Positions 10,417 to 20,353 of a stretch of DNA of 64,000 nt are shown here, piece after piece (positions within the stretch are counted from its first letter, which is position 1; the number at the start of each line of letters is the position of its first letter). The position numbers and the translations under genes are program-made. A model generated the notes under the pieces. That model made no database searches, was not told where the DNA came from, and saw only the letters and a program-made list of their open reading frames with translations. The stretch is from an uncultured delta proteobacterium (lineage in GTDB: Bacteria > Desulfobacterota > Syntrophorhabdia > Syntrophorhabdales > WCHB1-27), in NCBI GenBank assembly GCA_963810935.1, contig CAWEPK010000009.1, forward strand, positions 1 through 64,000, in the 5' to 3' direction.

Positions 10417-10444
10417 GAGGGTTCGAATCCCTCTCCCTCCGCCA
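10417..10444 (+). other. 3' fragment of a tRNA-Ser gene (att-like site)
   Basis: GAGGG-TTCGAAT-CCCTC-TCCCTCCGCCA gives a T arm, acceptor 3' strand and CCA, with no 5' half upstream. Confidence 0.8.
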
Positions 10445-10570
10445 TTTTTCCCGCATAAAACCAAGAGTCAGCGGTGGCCTGCCGGGCCTTCCCGGGTCGT
10501 GAGGTACCTGTCGTTTACCCGTGGGTAGACTTCGCCGCCTGCGGGCGGGAGAGCCAGTGCCGAGCATGGG

Positions 10571-10813
10571 CTACGCGCACTCGAACGTGATTTTCCTGGG
10601 ATCGATGGGGCACGTGCCCTCGATGGTGACGCGCATGGGCGACTTCCTGCACGCCTTATTGGCGTCGAGGCACTTCATAGAGACGTCGTGCGCGCCCGTA
10701 CCCGTCTGGAGAAGCACGAACTGCTCGCCTTTCACTGTCTTTACCTGCAAACTCCCGTCAATTGAGACGTACCCTTCTGCCGGACATTGAACCGAGTAGA
10801 ACTCATTAGCCAT
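10571..10813 (-). CDS. Small hypothetical protein (80 aa, 5 Cys)
   Basis: ATG preceded by GAGGAGG RBS. Confidence 0.6.
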   Translation of the reverse strand: MANEFYSVQCPAEGYVSIDGSLQVKTVKGEQFVLLQTGTGAHDVSMKCLDANKACRKSPMRVTIEGTCPIDPRKITFECA

Positions 10814-11088
10814 GGCGCCCTCCTCAATTACAGAATGGTTGATCTACTGCCGTACAAGCAATTTCTGCCGCCTTCCTGCAACACCCGGTCTCACGGCTCG
10901 CGTTCTTATGTAGCTATATCAGGCCTTAGGGTAACCTCCCGGGAAAGAAAATGGAAAGACTTATGGGGGGCGCGTATGCCGGCCGTGGAAGCTTGTCCGA
11001 TACGAGGACAGACCGGCCGATCCTGTCACTCTCATAGATAAGCACCGACAGGGCATCTATTGCAAGAAAAAACCTGCGGTCCGCCAGG

Positions 11089-11598
11089 CTAAACCGACTT
11101 GGCGAACGGAACGTTGGGATCAGGCAGCGGCGTATTAAAGGCCAGGTGAACGGTAGGCTCGCTGCCGCCGTTCCAATTGCGGTGCGGCACGCCGGCAGGA
11201 AAGACGATCAGCGAGCCGGAGGAACAGTTGTACTTCTTGCCTTCGATCTCAATACTCATCGTGCCGCTCAGGATGTAGAAGATCTGGTCGACCGCGTGGA
11301 CGTGCATACCGGCTGGGGAGCCGCCGCCAGCGGGCGTCTTGATGCAAAAGACCGAGCAAGTCTTTGCGCCCGAGGTCTGATCGAACAGAACCTGGGTCAA
11401 GCGTTCGTTGGCGCCGCTGTTGGCGATGGCCTCGAAGTCAACCTTACGAACGTATTCCATGGGGGCGGCTGAGTTCGCCATATCGATCTTGATCGCGGGT
11501 TTGCTTTGGGCCGCACTGGGGGTAACCCGCATGACGGAGAGGGCCGCACCTCCGATGACCGCCTTCTTCAAAAATTCCCGACGCGATTTATTGTGCAT
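11089..11598 (-). CDS. Tat-exported cupin domain protein
   Basis: SRREFLK twin-arginine signal. HVHAVDQIFYILSG and FPAGVPH cupin motifs. Confidence 0.85.
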   Translation of the reverse strand: MHNKSRREFLKKAVIGGAALSVMRVTPSAAQSKPAIKIDMANSAAPMEYVRKVDFEAIANSGANERLTQVLFDQTSGAKTCSVFCIKTPAGGGSPAGMHVHAVDQIFYILSGTMSIEIEGKKYNCSSGSLIVFPAGVPHRNWNGGSEPTVHLAFNTPLPDPNVPFAKSV

Positions 11599-11711
11599 TT
11601 TCCATCCTCGCATTCATGTTTTAATCATAGCCGCCAATAATGCCGCATTGCAAGAACAACATTCAGCGCGCCCTTGACCACGTTCTATCATAAACGATAT
11701 ATAATAAGGAG

Positions 11712-12872
11712 ATGACAGGCGCCCCCGTGGATATATCACTCGCAAGCGAGATCATGACAGACTTCGCACGTCTTACGGGACTTGCCCCCGAAGGCATTCC
11801 GGAGCGGTACCTCTGGACCGACGCCTTCGCCGTTTGCAACTTCCTGGGCCTTTACGAGGAAACGGGCGACGCGAAATGGAAGGACCTGGCGCTCTCGCTC
11901 GTCGGGCAGGTACATTCTACGCTCGGACGGTACCGCAAGGACGACACCAGGGTCGGCTGGATAAGCGGCCTTGACGAACAGAAAGGCCAGTTCCATCCCA
12001 CGGCAGGGGGATTGAGGATAGGCAAGAAGCTCAGGGAGCGCAAGAGTACCGAGCCTCTCGATGAACGCCTCGAATGGGACAGGGACGGCCAATATTTTCA
12101 TTACCTGACAAAGTGGATGCACGCCCTTGACCGGGTTGCTAGGGTGACCGGGGGATGTGCCTATAACAGGTGGGCCGTGGAGCTTGCCCGCATCAGCCGG
12201 GCCAGGTTCGTCTATTCTTCCGGCAAAGAGAAAAGGATGTATTGGAAGATGAGCACGGACCTCTCCTATCCTCTGGTCCGGTCCATGGGTTTCCACGATC
12301 CGCTGGACGGACTCGTTACGTACACCCAACTGGCGGAAACAGCCGCGAAAGATCCGGAAATGGCTGTAGAGCTGGAGACGGAGATCACCGATATGGCCTC
12401 CATGTGCAAAGGGAGGAGCTGGGCCACCGACGATCCCCTCGGCATAGGCGGACTGCTGTCAGACGCCTTCCGCGTGGCCCAACTCATGGTATCGGGATAC
12501 TTCGCAGGGTCGGGCCTGCTCGTCATCCTGATCGAGTCCGCCCTCTCGGGTCTTGAGGCCCTGGACGAGGAGATGACGAAGCTCCCCTCGAACTACCGCC
12601 TAGCCTTCCGGGAGCTTGGCCTCTCGATAGGACTGCGCGCGTCGACGATGCTTTCAACCTTCGTGGCGAAAAATGCGGCTATTTTTCGTGAAGAAGAGGA
12701 CCTGGACGACCGGATAAGGGCCCTGAAACGGTATGAGCGGCTGCGAGAAACTGTCGAGGCGTTCTGGCTTACATCCGAGAACCGGCAGGCAGAATCGTGG
12801 ATGGCCCATCGCGACATAAATATGGCGATGCTCGCAACCAGCGTCTCTCCCGGTGGGTTCCTCAGCTTATAG
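11712..12872 (+). CDS. Hypothetical protein (RYLWTDAFAV, DGQYFHYLTKWM motifs)
   Basis: 386 aa ORF with protein-like composition. Function unknown. Confidence 0.75.
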   Translation: MTGAPVDISLASEIMTDFARLTGLAPEGIPERYLWTDAFAVCNFLGLYEETGDAKWKDLALSLVGQVHSTLGRYRKDDTRVGWISGLDEQKGQFHPTAGGLRIGKKLRERKSTEPLDERLEWDRDGQYFHYLTKWMHALDRVARVTGGCAYNRWAVELARISRARFVYSSGKEKRMYWKMSTDLSYPLVRSMGFHDPLDGLVTYTQLAETAAKDPEMAVELETEITDMASMCKGRSWATDDPLGIGGLLSDAFRVAQLMVSGYFAGSGLLVILIESALSGLEALDEEMTKLPSNYRLAFRELGLSIGLRASTMLSTFVAKNAAIFREEEDLDDRIRALKRYERLRETVEAFWLTSENRQAESWMAHRDINMAMLATSVSPGGFLSL

Positions 12873-12910
12873 CTCCTTAGGTTCCGGCCTTCCGCTCTTC
12901 CTGTATTCTG

Positions 12911-14161
12911 TTAATAGACCCCGTATTCCCTGGTAAAATCGAACATGGCGCGCACGTTCTCCGGTTTCGCATCATCGAGTCCGGTCGATGAATCCATTAT
13001 GAATCCACCATTTTTCCCCGCTGTGTCTATCAGTTTCTTACAGTATGCCCTCACCTCGTCCGGCTTTCCTGTTGCGAGGATCGACAAGGGGACATTACCC
13101 CTGATGCAGACCGTATCTCCAAGTACCTGCTTCGCCCTGGCCATATCCGTCGCCTCAAAGGCGTAACACGCTTTTCCGGCGGGAATATCTTTGATGATTT
13201 CGAGCCGCGACGTGCAATCCCCTTCCCAGAAGGGGCAGGGAGTGCATCCCGCGTCGATAAGAGCGATCATGAGGTCTCGAAGCGTCGGCCAGAAGAATTT
13301 GTTAAACTGCGGGAGCGACATAAACCCATCCAGCCCCTTGTGAAGTGGGATGAAGACCCTCTGGTTCCCCGTTACCTTCGTTGCATTGATGGCGGTCTCC
13401 AGCATGAAGGGCAGCAGTTTCTCGCACGCCTTGACGACCTTGTCCGGCCTCCGGTACATGTCGAGCATCAGGCCCTTTGTGCCCCTGAAAAAATCACCCA
13501 GGGTGTCGAAGGGAGCCTGCGTGAAGGCCCCCGTCTGCATGGGGAACCCCTCCTCTTTTGCTTTTTCCGTAAAGCGGCGTGAATATTGGGCGACCCGCAT
13601 GGCTTCCTCGCCTGCCTTCTGCATCGCCGCGAATGCTGCGGCGACATCGGGAAGGCTGAAGGGCGCAATGGCCACGTTAAAGCCCATGTAGTAGGTAATG
13701 ATGCCGTGCAGCGGAGCGAGCTTCTCGAATCCCTTGAGCCTCCCACAAACGCGCGGCCAGTACCGTCGTACCATGAAATCGGACGGATCGAGAAGGAAAT
13801 GGTCATACTCGTCCGCGGTCATGTATTCCCCTTCCACGAACTGATACGTGTGGTCCGACCCAACCCCGTGGCCGGGCCATTTGAGCTGTTTAAAATCGAG
13901 GACATCGAGAATAGGGCCCAAAGACCGGATGGCGAATGGGGCCTGGTCCATGTCGGGCTGGAATTCAAGGAGGGTCTTCATCTGGGCGTCAAAAAGCTTC
14001 TCCGGATCGTACATTGCCTCTTGTGCCGTGACGCCTGCACATTTTGCAGGAAAGAAACCGAAGAGAACGGCAATCGGCACCCTGTCCGGCTTCCGGAGCG
14101 CAATCGCATCCAATACCCTATTTTCTCGTTCCCTGTATAATTCCTCTGCTGTCTTCGCCAT
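12911..14161 (-). CDS. Uroporphyrinogen decarboxylase (URO-D/MtaA) family protein
   Basis: RKPDRVP, APFDTLGDFFRG, FNKFFWP, VCIRGNVP, GGFIMD motifs. Confidence 0.88.
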   Translation of the reverse strand: MAKTAEELYRERENRVLDAIALRKPDRVPIAVLFGFFPAKCAGVTAQEAMYDPEKLFDAQMKTLLEFQPDMDQAPFAIRSLGPILDVLDFKQLKWPGHGVGSDHTYQFVEGEYMTADEYDHFLLDPSDFMVRRYWPRVCGRLKGFEKLAPLHGIITYYMGFNVAIAPFSLPDVAAAFAAMQKAGEEAMRVAQYSRRFTEKAKEEGFPMQTGAFTQAPFDTLGDFFRGTKGLMLDMYRRPDKVVKACEKLLPFMLETAINATKVTGNQRVFIPLHKGLDGFMSLPQFNKFFWPTLRDLMIALIDAGCTPCPFWEGDCTSRLEIIKDIPAGKACYAFEATDMARAKQVLGDTVCIRGNVPLSILATGKPDEVRAYCKKLIDTAGKNGGFIMDSSTGLDDAKPENVRAMFDFTREYGVY

Positions 14162-14193
14162 GATCATCTCCCGATCCATTGCCTGCTTGCAAA

Positions 14194-15381
14194 TTACTTG
14201 TTCCTGTAAAGCCTCCATTTGCCCTTTTCTATGACAACAGGCACGTAACACTTGGGGCCCAGGCCGTTATGGTTGTCCGGCCCATAATTGAAAACGCCGT
14301 TCTGCCCCACGAAACCCCTGGTCTTCTCGATATTGTCCCTGATCTGCTCCCTTATCTTCACGAGGTCGGCCGGCTTCCCCGGGTCGAGGGCCGGGTCTAC
14401 GTTCTTCAGGGCGCCCGCTATGATGTAGGCCGAATCCCAGGTATGGCCCGCGTAAAGGCTGAAAGGACCGTAGAGTTTCGTGTACCTGTTGTACAGGGCC
14501 ATCGCCACCTTCTTCTGCGGGTCATTCGCGGGAAGGTCGGGTGCGACGAGGGCCTTCAACGAAGTGGTCACGATGCCCTCCGCGTACTTTCCGCCCAGCT
14601 CGATGAACTCAGGGCTGACGACTGCGTAGTCGCTGGCTATCGGTTTGGTGAAACCGAGGTCGCGGGCGGTCTTTATAACAAGAGCGGTATCGGGCACGTT
14701 CCCTGTCACCAGCAGCCCGTCCGCCCCTGCGACCTTCACGTGGGTGATCTGCGGGCTGACATCCGTTGTGCCCGGCGCGTATACCTCTTCAAGAGCGGGC
14801 GTTATCCGCATATCCTTTACCGCCCAGTCAAAGGTTTCCTTGCCTATCTGTCCATACGCGGTATCGATATAAAGGTAAGCGATTTTCTTTGCGCCCCGCT
14901 GCTGAAGGTTCTCTATCAGCATGGGAATGGATGCCTCTCTCTGGCGCGGCACGACATTGAAAACCCATTTTTTTGTCGGTATCCAAAGCTTATCGATGGG
15001 GGCCGAGCAGATAATGGCCGTCTTGCCCGTTTCCACGGTCTGGATGGCAGCCATGGACGTCCCGGAGGAATCATAGCCTGCGAGCACCGCCACCTTTTCT
15101 ACCTCGATGAGGCGCTTCGTATGGATCACTCCCTTCGAGGCTTCGCTCTCTCCATCATTGTAGATCGCCTTCAACTGCCTGCCATTGACGCCGCCCGCCG
15201 CGTTGATCGCTTCGATGGCGATTTCCAACCCCCTCTTTGTCGCAATTCCGAGGTTCGATTGGCGGCCGGTAAGATCGACCACACACCCTATGAGGTACGG
15301 CGCCTTCTGGGCATAAACGGGTCCCGAGAAGAATCCGAATCCAATACCGAGGAGCATCAGCGCAATCGCCAGACGTTTCAT
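14194..15381 (-). CDS. Liv-type ABC transporter substrate-binding protein
   Basis: Signal peptide, INAAGGVNGRQL motif. Confidence 0.9.
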   Translation of the reverse strand: MKRLAIALMLLGIGFGFFSGPVYAQKAPYLIGCVVDLTGRQSNLGIATKRGLEIAIEAINAAGGVNGRQLKAIYNDGESEASKGVIHTKRLIEVEKVAVLAGYDSSGTSMAAIQTVETGKTAIICSAPIDKLWIPTKKWVFNVVPRQREASIPMLIENLQQRGAKKIAYLYIDTAYGQIGKETFDWAVKDMRITPALEEVYAPGTTDVSPQITHVKVAGADGLLVTGNVPDTALVIKTARDLGFTKPIASDYAVVSPEFIELGGKYAEGIVTTSLKALVAPDLPANDPQKKVAMALYNRYTKLYGPFSLYAGHTWDSAYIIAGALKNVDPALDPGKPADLVKIREQIRDNIEKTRGFVGQNGVFNYGPDNHNGLGPKCYVPVVIEKGKWRLYRNK

Positions 15382-15410
15382 GTTTTCTCCTTATCCTTTC
15401 TCCTGTGGGG

Positions 15411-16607
15411 CTATTTTCCCTTGTAAAGACGCCATTTGCCTTTGTCAACGACAACCGGGACATAGCATTTCGGGCCGAGGCCGTTATGATTGTCGGCCGT
15501 AAAATTGAAGATTCCGTTTTGGCCGACAAAACCCTTTGTGTGCTTCTCCAGATTGTCCCTTATCTGTTCTCTGATCCGCACGAGATCTGCCGGTTTTGCA
15601 GGATCGAGCTTAGGGTCAACGTTCTTGAGGGCGGTCACGAGCAGATAGGCTTCGTCCCAGGCGTGGCCCGCGTATAGGCTGAAGGGACCGTACAGCTTCG
15701 TGTATTTGGTATAGAGCTCCGTCGCCACCTTCTTCTGGGGGTCGTTCGCCGGGAGATCGGGCGCTACGAGGGCCTTAAGGGAAGTCGTTACTATGCCCTC
15801 CCCGTTTTTCCCGGCCAGCTCTATAAACTCCGGCCCTACTATGGCGTAGTCGCTGACGATGGGGGCCGTAAACCCCTGATCCCTCGCATTCTTGATGACC
15901 ATGACCGTATCCGCCATCTGCCCCGTAATGAGCAGGCCATCTACGCCGGCGGCCTTGATATGCACGATCTGCGGTCCGACGTCCGCGCTGCCCGGCGCGT
16001 ATTTCTCTATTGCCGCCGGCTTGATGTTCATCGCCTTCGCGGTCGCGTCAAAAACCTCCCTGCCCGTCTGTCCATATACGTTATCGATATGAATATAGCC
16101 TATCTTCTTCGCGCCCCGGACTACGAGGTTCTCCAGAAGTATGGGGATGGATGCTTCCTTCTGCCTCGGCACGACATTAAAGACCCATTTTCTCGTTGGT
16201 ATCCATATCTTTTCCGATGCGCCGGCGTTGATCATAACGACCTTGGCGTCCTCGTACGTCTGTATGCATGCCATGGCAACGCCGGACGAGCCGTAGCCTA
16301 TGGAGGCAACCACCTTGTCCACGTCGATGAGCCGTTTGGAGACTGTCACGCCCTTTGCCGGGTTCGTCTCCGTGTCGTAGAGAAACAGCTTGAGCTGCCT
16401 GCCGTTCACGCCCCCCGCTGTATTGATCGCATCGATGGCGATATCGAGCCCCTTCTTTTCTCCCTGTCCTATATTCGAGATGATGCCTGTCAGCTCAAGG
16501 GCGACGCCGACCGGATACGGGGCCGGTTTCTGCTGCCCGAACCCCTGGTCGGGGAACGATGACATAATGCACAGGCAGAATATGGCTCCTATCAGCAGCT
16601 TTTTCAT
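15411..16607 (-). CDS. Liv-type ABC transporter substrate-binding protein (paralogue of the neighbour)
   Basis: Start MKKLLIG after GGGGGAGG. INTAGGVNGRQL motif. Confidence 0.9.
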   Translation of the reverse strand: MKKLLIGAIFCLCIMSSFPDQGFGQQKPAPYPVGVALELTGIISNIGQGEKKGLDIAIDAINTAGGVNGRQLKLFLYDTETNPAKGVTVSKRLIDVDKVVASIGYGSSGVAMACIQTYEDAKVVMINAGASEKIWIPTRKWVFNVVPRQKEASIPILLENLVVRGAKKIGYIHIDNVYGQTGREVFDATAKAMNIKPAAIEKYAPGSADVGPQIVHIKAAGVDGLLITGQMADTVMVIKNARDQGFTAPIVSDYAIVGPEFIELAGKNGEGIVTTSLKALVAPDLPANDPQKKVATELYTKYTKLYGPFSLYAGHAWDEAYLLVTALKNVDPKLDPAKPADLVRIREQIRDNLEKHTKGFVGQNGIFNFTADNHNGLGPKCYVPVVVDKGKWRLYKGK

Positions 16608-16638
16608 TTCCTCCCCCCTTTGTTTCTCGATCTCATTT

Positions 16639-17400
16639 TTATCCGCCCAGGTAGGCGGCCTGGATCGTCGGGCTCTCGATGACATCGCTGCACGCACCTT
16701 CGAGCACAACCGCTCCCCTTTCCAGTACATAGACATAATCGGCAATCTTGAGGGCCGCCCTGGCATTCTGCTCGACAAGGAGGAGCGACACCTCCCAACC
16801 CGCGCAGATTTCCTTGAGCGCCCGCATCATTTCCCCCACGAGCAGCGGGGAGAGACCAAGCGACGGCTCATCCAGGGCGAGGAGCGTCGGCATCGCCATC
16901 AGCGCCCTCCCGACTGCGAGCATCTGCTGTTGCCCCCCCGACATGGTATCGGCGCGCTGCTTCAGCCGGTCCTTGAGAATAGGGAAGAGGCTGAAGACCA
17001 TCTCCAGTCTGCCTGCAAGGACCTCTTTCCGCTTTTTCGCGCTAAAGGAGTAGGTGCCGAGAAGGAGGTTGTCCATCACCGTGAGGGGACCGAAGAGTTC
17101 CCTTCCCTCAGGCACACTCGATATGCCGTGTCGGATGATCCGGTGGGCGGGTATCCCCTGGATCGCCACACCGTCATAGACGATCTTCCCTTCGCGGGGG
17201 GTGAGAAGGCCCGTTATGGTCTTGAGTAGCGTCGTCTTCCCTGCGCCGTTGCTTCCCAGGATTGCCACTACCTCATGGGGATGAACCTTAAGTGAGATGC
17301 CCTTGAGGGCCTGCGCTTCGCCATAAAATGTGGAGACGGCCTCCGTGACAAGGCGGGGGGCTCCGGTCCTCGGCAAAGAAATTTTGCAGACGTTATCCAT
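16639..17400 (-). CDS. livF: ABC ATP-binding protein, LivF-like
   Basis: GSNGAGKT, MSGGQQQM, DEPSLGL. Confidence 0.9.
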   Translation of the reverse strand: MDNVCKISLPRTGAPRLVTEAVSTFYGEAQALKGISLKVHPHEVVAILGSNGAGKTTLLKTITGLLTPREGKIVYDGVAIQGIPAHRIIRHGISSVPEGRELFGPLTVMDNLLLGTYSFSAKKRKEVLAGRLEMVFSLFPILKDRLKQRADTMSGGQQQMLAVGRALMAMPTLLALDEPSLGLSPLLVGEMMRALKEICAGWEVSLLLVEQNARAALKIADYVYVLERGAVVLEGACSDVIESPTIQAAYLGG

Positions 17401-17401
17401 A

Positions 17402-18184
17402 TCAGACCTCGGCGCCTAGGTAGGCCCTGATAACCTCCTGGTTCGCCCGTACCTGCCCGGGCGTTCCTTCCGCGATCTTCGTGCCCTCGTCGAGGACGAT
17501 GATCTTCTCGGAGAGGGACATGACGAAGGGCATGTTGTGCTCGACGATGAAGATCGTGAGCCCTTTGCCTACAAGCGTATAGATAAGATCTACCAGTCTT
17601 TGCGCCTCGTGGGCTGCAAGGCCGCCCACAGGCTCGTCGAGCATGAGGAGGGTAGGGTTCATGGAGAGCGCCCTGGCGACACCCACAAGTTTTCTTTCAC
17701 CGAGGGGGAGCTTCGAGATGGGATCGCCCGCCCGCTTTTCAAGGCCCACGAAGGCGAGGCTCTCCATGGCGATCTCGCGGAGGCGCTTTTCCTCTTTTCT
17801 CGCCCAGGGGAGAGAAAAGCCGCAGGCGAGCATCCCCGAAGAGCTTTGCGTGTGGCATCCCACGAGGGTGTTTTCCATCACCGAAAGGCCGGCAAAAAGC
17901 TCCTCGAGCTGGAACGTCCTCCCGATGCCTTTCGATGCGATGGCGTGGGCCGGGAGTCCGGCAATATCTTCGTCCTGAAAGAGAATCTCCCCCGAATCCG
18001 GGGCATAGATGCCGGTGACGACGTTGATGAACGTAGTTTTCCCTGCCCCGTTCGGGCCGATGAGGGAGTTGATGCTTCCTTTCTCCAGCTCGAAAGCGAC
18101 GTCAGCGAGCGCCTGAATGCCGCCGAAACGTTTGCCGACGGCGTCTACCTTAAGGAGAATATGATGGTCTGGCGAAGCGGCCAC
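17402..18184 (-). CDS. livG: ABC ATP-binding protein, LivG-like
   Basis: GPNGAGKT, RTFQ, VEHNM, AYLG. Confidence 0.9.
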   Translation of the reverse strand: MAASPDHHILLKVDAVGKRFGGIQALADVAFELEKGSINSLIGPNGAGKTTFINVVTGIYAPDSGEILFQDEDIAGLPAHAIASKGIGRTFQLEELFAGLSVMENTLVGCHTQSSSGMLACGFSLPWARKEEKRLREIAMESLAFVGLEKRAGDPISKLPLGERKLVGVARALSMNPTLLMLDEPVGGLAAHEAQRLVDLIYTLVGKGLTIFIVEHNMPFVMSLSEKIIVLDEGTKIAEGTPGQVRANQEVIRAYLGAEV

Positions 18185-19142
18185 GGACCCTCCTCCCTGC
18201 GCGCATCAATTGCTCGACCCAACCCGCGAGGCCTCCCGGCATGAATATGAGGGTGAGGATGACAATGATGCCGAAAAAGACGGCATCGACCTCGGCTGTC
18301 ATGACGGGAAGCACCTTGCCCAGATAAGCCTGGATAACCTCACGGAGCCACATGATCGTAAAGGCGCCGAGTACCGGGCCGTAGAGTATCTCCCCGCCTC
18401 CTACGATCGCCATGGTGATCAGCTCGACCATGAGTGGTATGCCGAACATCGCCGGCTGGATGAAATGGAGCCAGAAGGCGAGGAGACTCCCTCCGAGGCT
18501 CGCCATGACCGACGTGATCACGAAGATCCTCAGTTTGTACTGGGGGATGTTGATGCCCATGCTCTTGCTCGCCACTTCGCTGTACATGAACGTCCGGAGC
18601 GCCCTGCCTGCACGGGTATTCATGAGGTTGTGAAAGAACCATAGACTCCCTATGCAGAGCCCCCATGAGAGGAAATAGAAGTCGCGGTCCCCTTCGAACT
18701 TTATCGGGCCTATCGTGAGGGCGGGTATGCCCATCAGGCCTTCGTGGCCACCCGTAAGGGAGCCCATGTTCCCGATCACGATTTCCACGATGACCAGGAG
18801 ACAAAACGTCGCGTTGGCAAGGTAATATTCCTTCAGGCGAAGAAGGGGTGCGCCCATGACGTATGCCAGGCACGCGACGCACAGGGCCGCAAGAACGATC
18901 GCAGCCAACGGAGGCACGCCCCTGATTGTGGCGATGGCCGTGACGTAGGCTCCGATGCCGAACCACGCGGGATGGGCTACGGAGAAGATGCCGCTGTTCT
19001 CCATGAGGACCGCCTTGCCGAGCGCCAGGGCGCCATAAATCGCTATAAAGCACATGACGCCTATGATATACGGGCTCGGAAAGACAAAAGGGAGAAGGAA
19101 TATGGCAAGCACGATCAACCCGGGAAAGATGCGCTTTTTCAT
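18150..19142 (-). CDS. livM: ABC permease, LivM-like
   Basis: Multi-TM, FGIGAY, LTGGHEGL. Confidence 0.88.
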   Translation of the reverse strand: MKKRIFPGLIVLAIFLLPFVFPSPYIIGVMCFIAIYGALALGKAVLMENSGIFSVAHPAWFGIGAYVTAIATIRGVPPLAAIVLAALCVACLAYVMGAPLLRLKEYYLANATFCLLVIVEIVIGNMGSLTGGHEGLMGIPALTIGPIKFEGDRDFYFLSWGLCIGSLWFFHNLMNTRAGRALRTFMYSEVASKSMGINIPQYKLRIFVITSVMASLGGSLLAFWLHFIQPAMFGIPLMVELITMAIVGGGEILYGPVLGAFTIMWLREVIQAYLGKVLPVMTAEVDAVFFGIIVILTLIFMPGGLAGWVEQLMRAGRRVRGRFARPSYSP

Positions 19143-20011
19143 GTTCTTCGTTTCCTGGACGGCAGGCGGTAGGTGCCGATGATGAGGACGACGATCATCA
19201 CGCCAAGGGCAAAGACGTCCTTGAGTCCCGCTGAGATGAAGCCCGCGCCGAACCCTTCGAGGAGCCCGAGGGCAAGGGCCGCCCCGACGGTGCCGAGGAT
19301 CGTCCAGTTGCCCACTATCGCCACCACAAGCCCCTTGAGCCCCGTGAGGAAGCCTATCTCGTATCCCGTGAAGGTGATAGGGGCGGTCACTATGCCCGTT
19401 ATCGCGCCAAGGCCGCCTGCGAGACCGAAGCAGAAGAGGCGGAACCTGCTCACGTCGATGCCGACGAGGCGGGCGCCTGTGCTGTTGAAGGCGGACGCCC
19501 GAAGTGCCTTACCGAAGAGTGTAGAGTTGAGGAACCATGAAAGGCCGGCGGTGACGACGACCAGCAGGGCCACCACGCAGATCACCTGAGGAGTGATGGT
19601 GGCGCCGAACATGTGAAGCACGTCGGCGCCGAAGATGGGATCGATCTTGCGCGTCTCGGAACCGAACTTGAGGAGCACCGACCCTTTGATGACGGCGCCG
19701 AGAGCAATGGTGAGCATCATGTAGGTCCGCGCCGAGGGATGTCGAACGGAGCGGATCGTCGTCCGCTCCATGACGGCGGAGATGAAGATCGTGGCAGCGA
19801 CCGCGATCGCGGAGGCGGGGAAGAGGCCGAGGCCCGCCGTGTGGAGACCCCAGGTGAGCATGCCACCGAGCATCACGAACTCGCCGGTGGCGAAGTTGAG
19901 GACCGAGGTCATCAGGTAGACGACGCTCCAGCAAATGCCTATGACGCCATAAATGCTGCCCGCCGTTATCCCTGAGATGGCATACTGGATTATCTGCGAG
20001 AAGAGATCCAT
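19139..20011 (-). CDS. livH: ABC permease, LivH-like
   Basis: GSIYG, LNFATGEFVMLGG, GKALRA. Confidence 0.88.
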   Translation of the reverse strand: MDLFSQIIQYAISGITAGSIYGVIGICWSVVYLMTSVLNFATGEFVMLGGMLTWGLHTAGLGLFPASAIAVAATIFISAVMERTTIRSVRHPSARTYMMLTIALGAVIKGSVLLKFGSETRKIDPIFGADVLHMFGATITPQVICVVALLVVVTAGLSWFLNSTLFGKALRASAFNSTGARLVGIDVSRFRLFCFGLAGGLGAITGIVTAPITFTGYEIGFLTGLKGLVVAIVGNWTILGTVGAALALGLLEGFGAGFISAGLKDVFALGVMIVVLIIGTYRLPSRKRRT

Positions 20012-20210
20012 AGAGCTTAGTCCCTACTTGCGCGTTGTTTTTCCGGCGTTCCCGGCCAGCAGGCGTACCGCGACAATGCGACGAGATAATATCACACTAT
20101 CGCGCCGTTTGTTAACTCAAGTTTTTTGCCATGTCTCGCGTGTCCGGGCCTTTTAGGCCTTGAGCCTTCCCTTTTGAAAGGCGTCTATATATTGCAGACA
20201 AAACTTACCC

Positions 20211-20240
20211 TTGACAATAGGACTAACCTTTTAATATTAT
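20211..20240 (+). promoter_or_regulatory. Sigma70-type promoter of second liv operon
   Basis: TTGACA (20211-20216), 18 nt spacer, TATTAT (20235-20240). Confidence 0.55.
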
Positions 20241-20353
20241 ACGTTCAGAGATAAGGTCCGCACGCATCCGGCGGCCAATAAGAAAACCTTGCTGCTCACC
20301 GCACCCCGGAAAGACACGCGGACGACGCGTTAACGCTCATGGAGGAGGAGTTA

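Larger units (their letters stand above)
1..10444. mobile_element. Right part of an integrated phage-related element or genomic island (left end outside window)
   Basis: Terminase genes and tyrosine integrase at 1-3847, unrelated cargo genes, and a tRNA-Ser 3' fragment at 10417-10444 as likely right boundary. Confidence 0.65.

Noticed and set aside
10350..10444. Complete tRNA gene
   Set aside because: No acceptor 5' strand, D arm or anticodon arm upstream. Only the 3' 28 nt are tRNA-like
14179..15426. Long antisense ORFs (also 35939-37267, 41953-43272, 40218-41153, 27842-28768)
   Set aside because: Shadow frames opposite well-supported genes in GC-rich DNA
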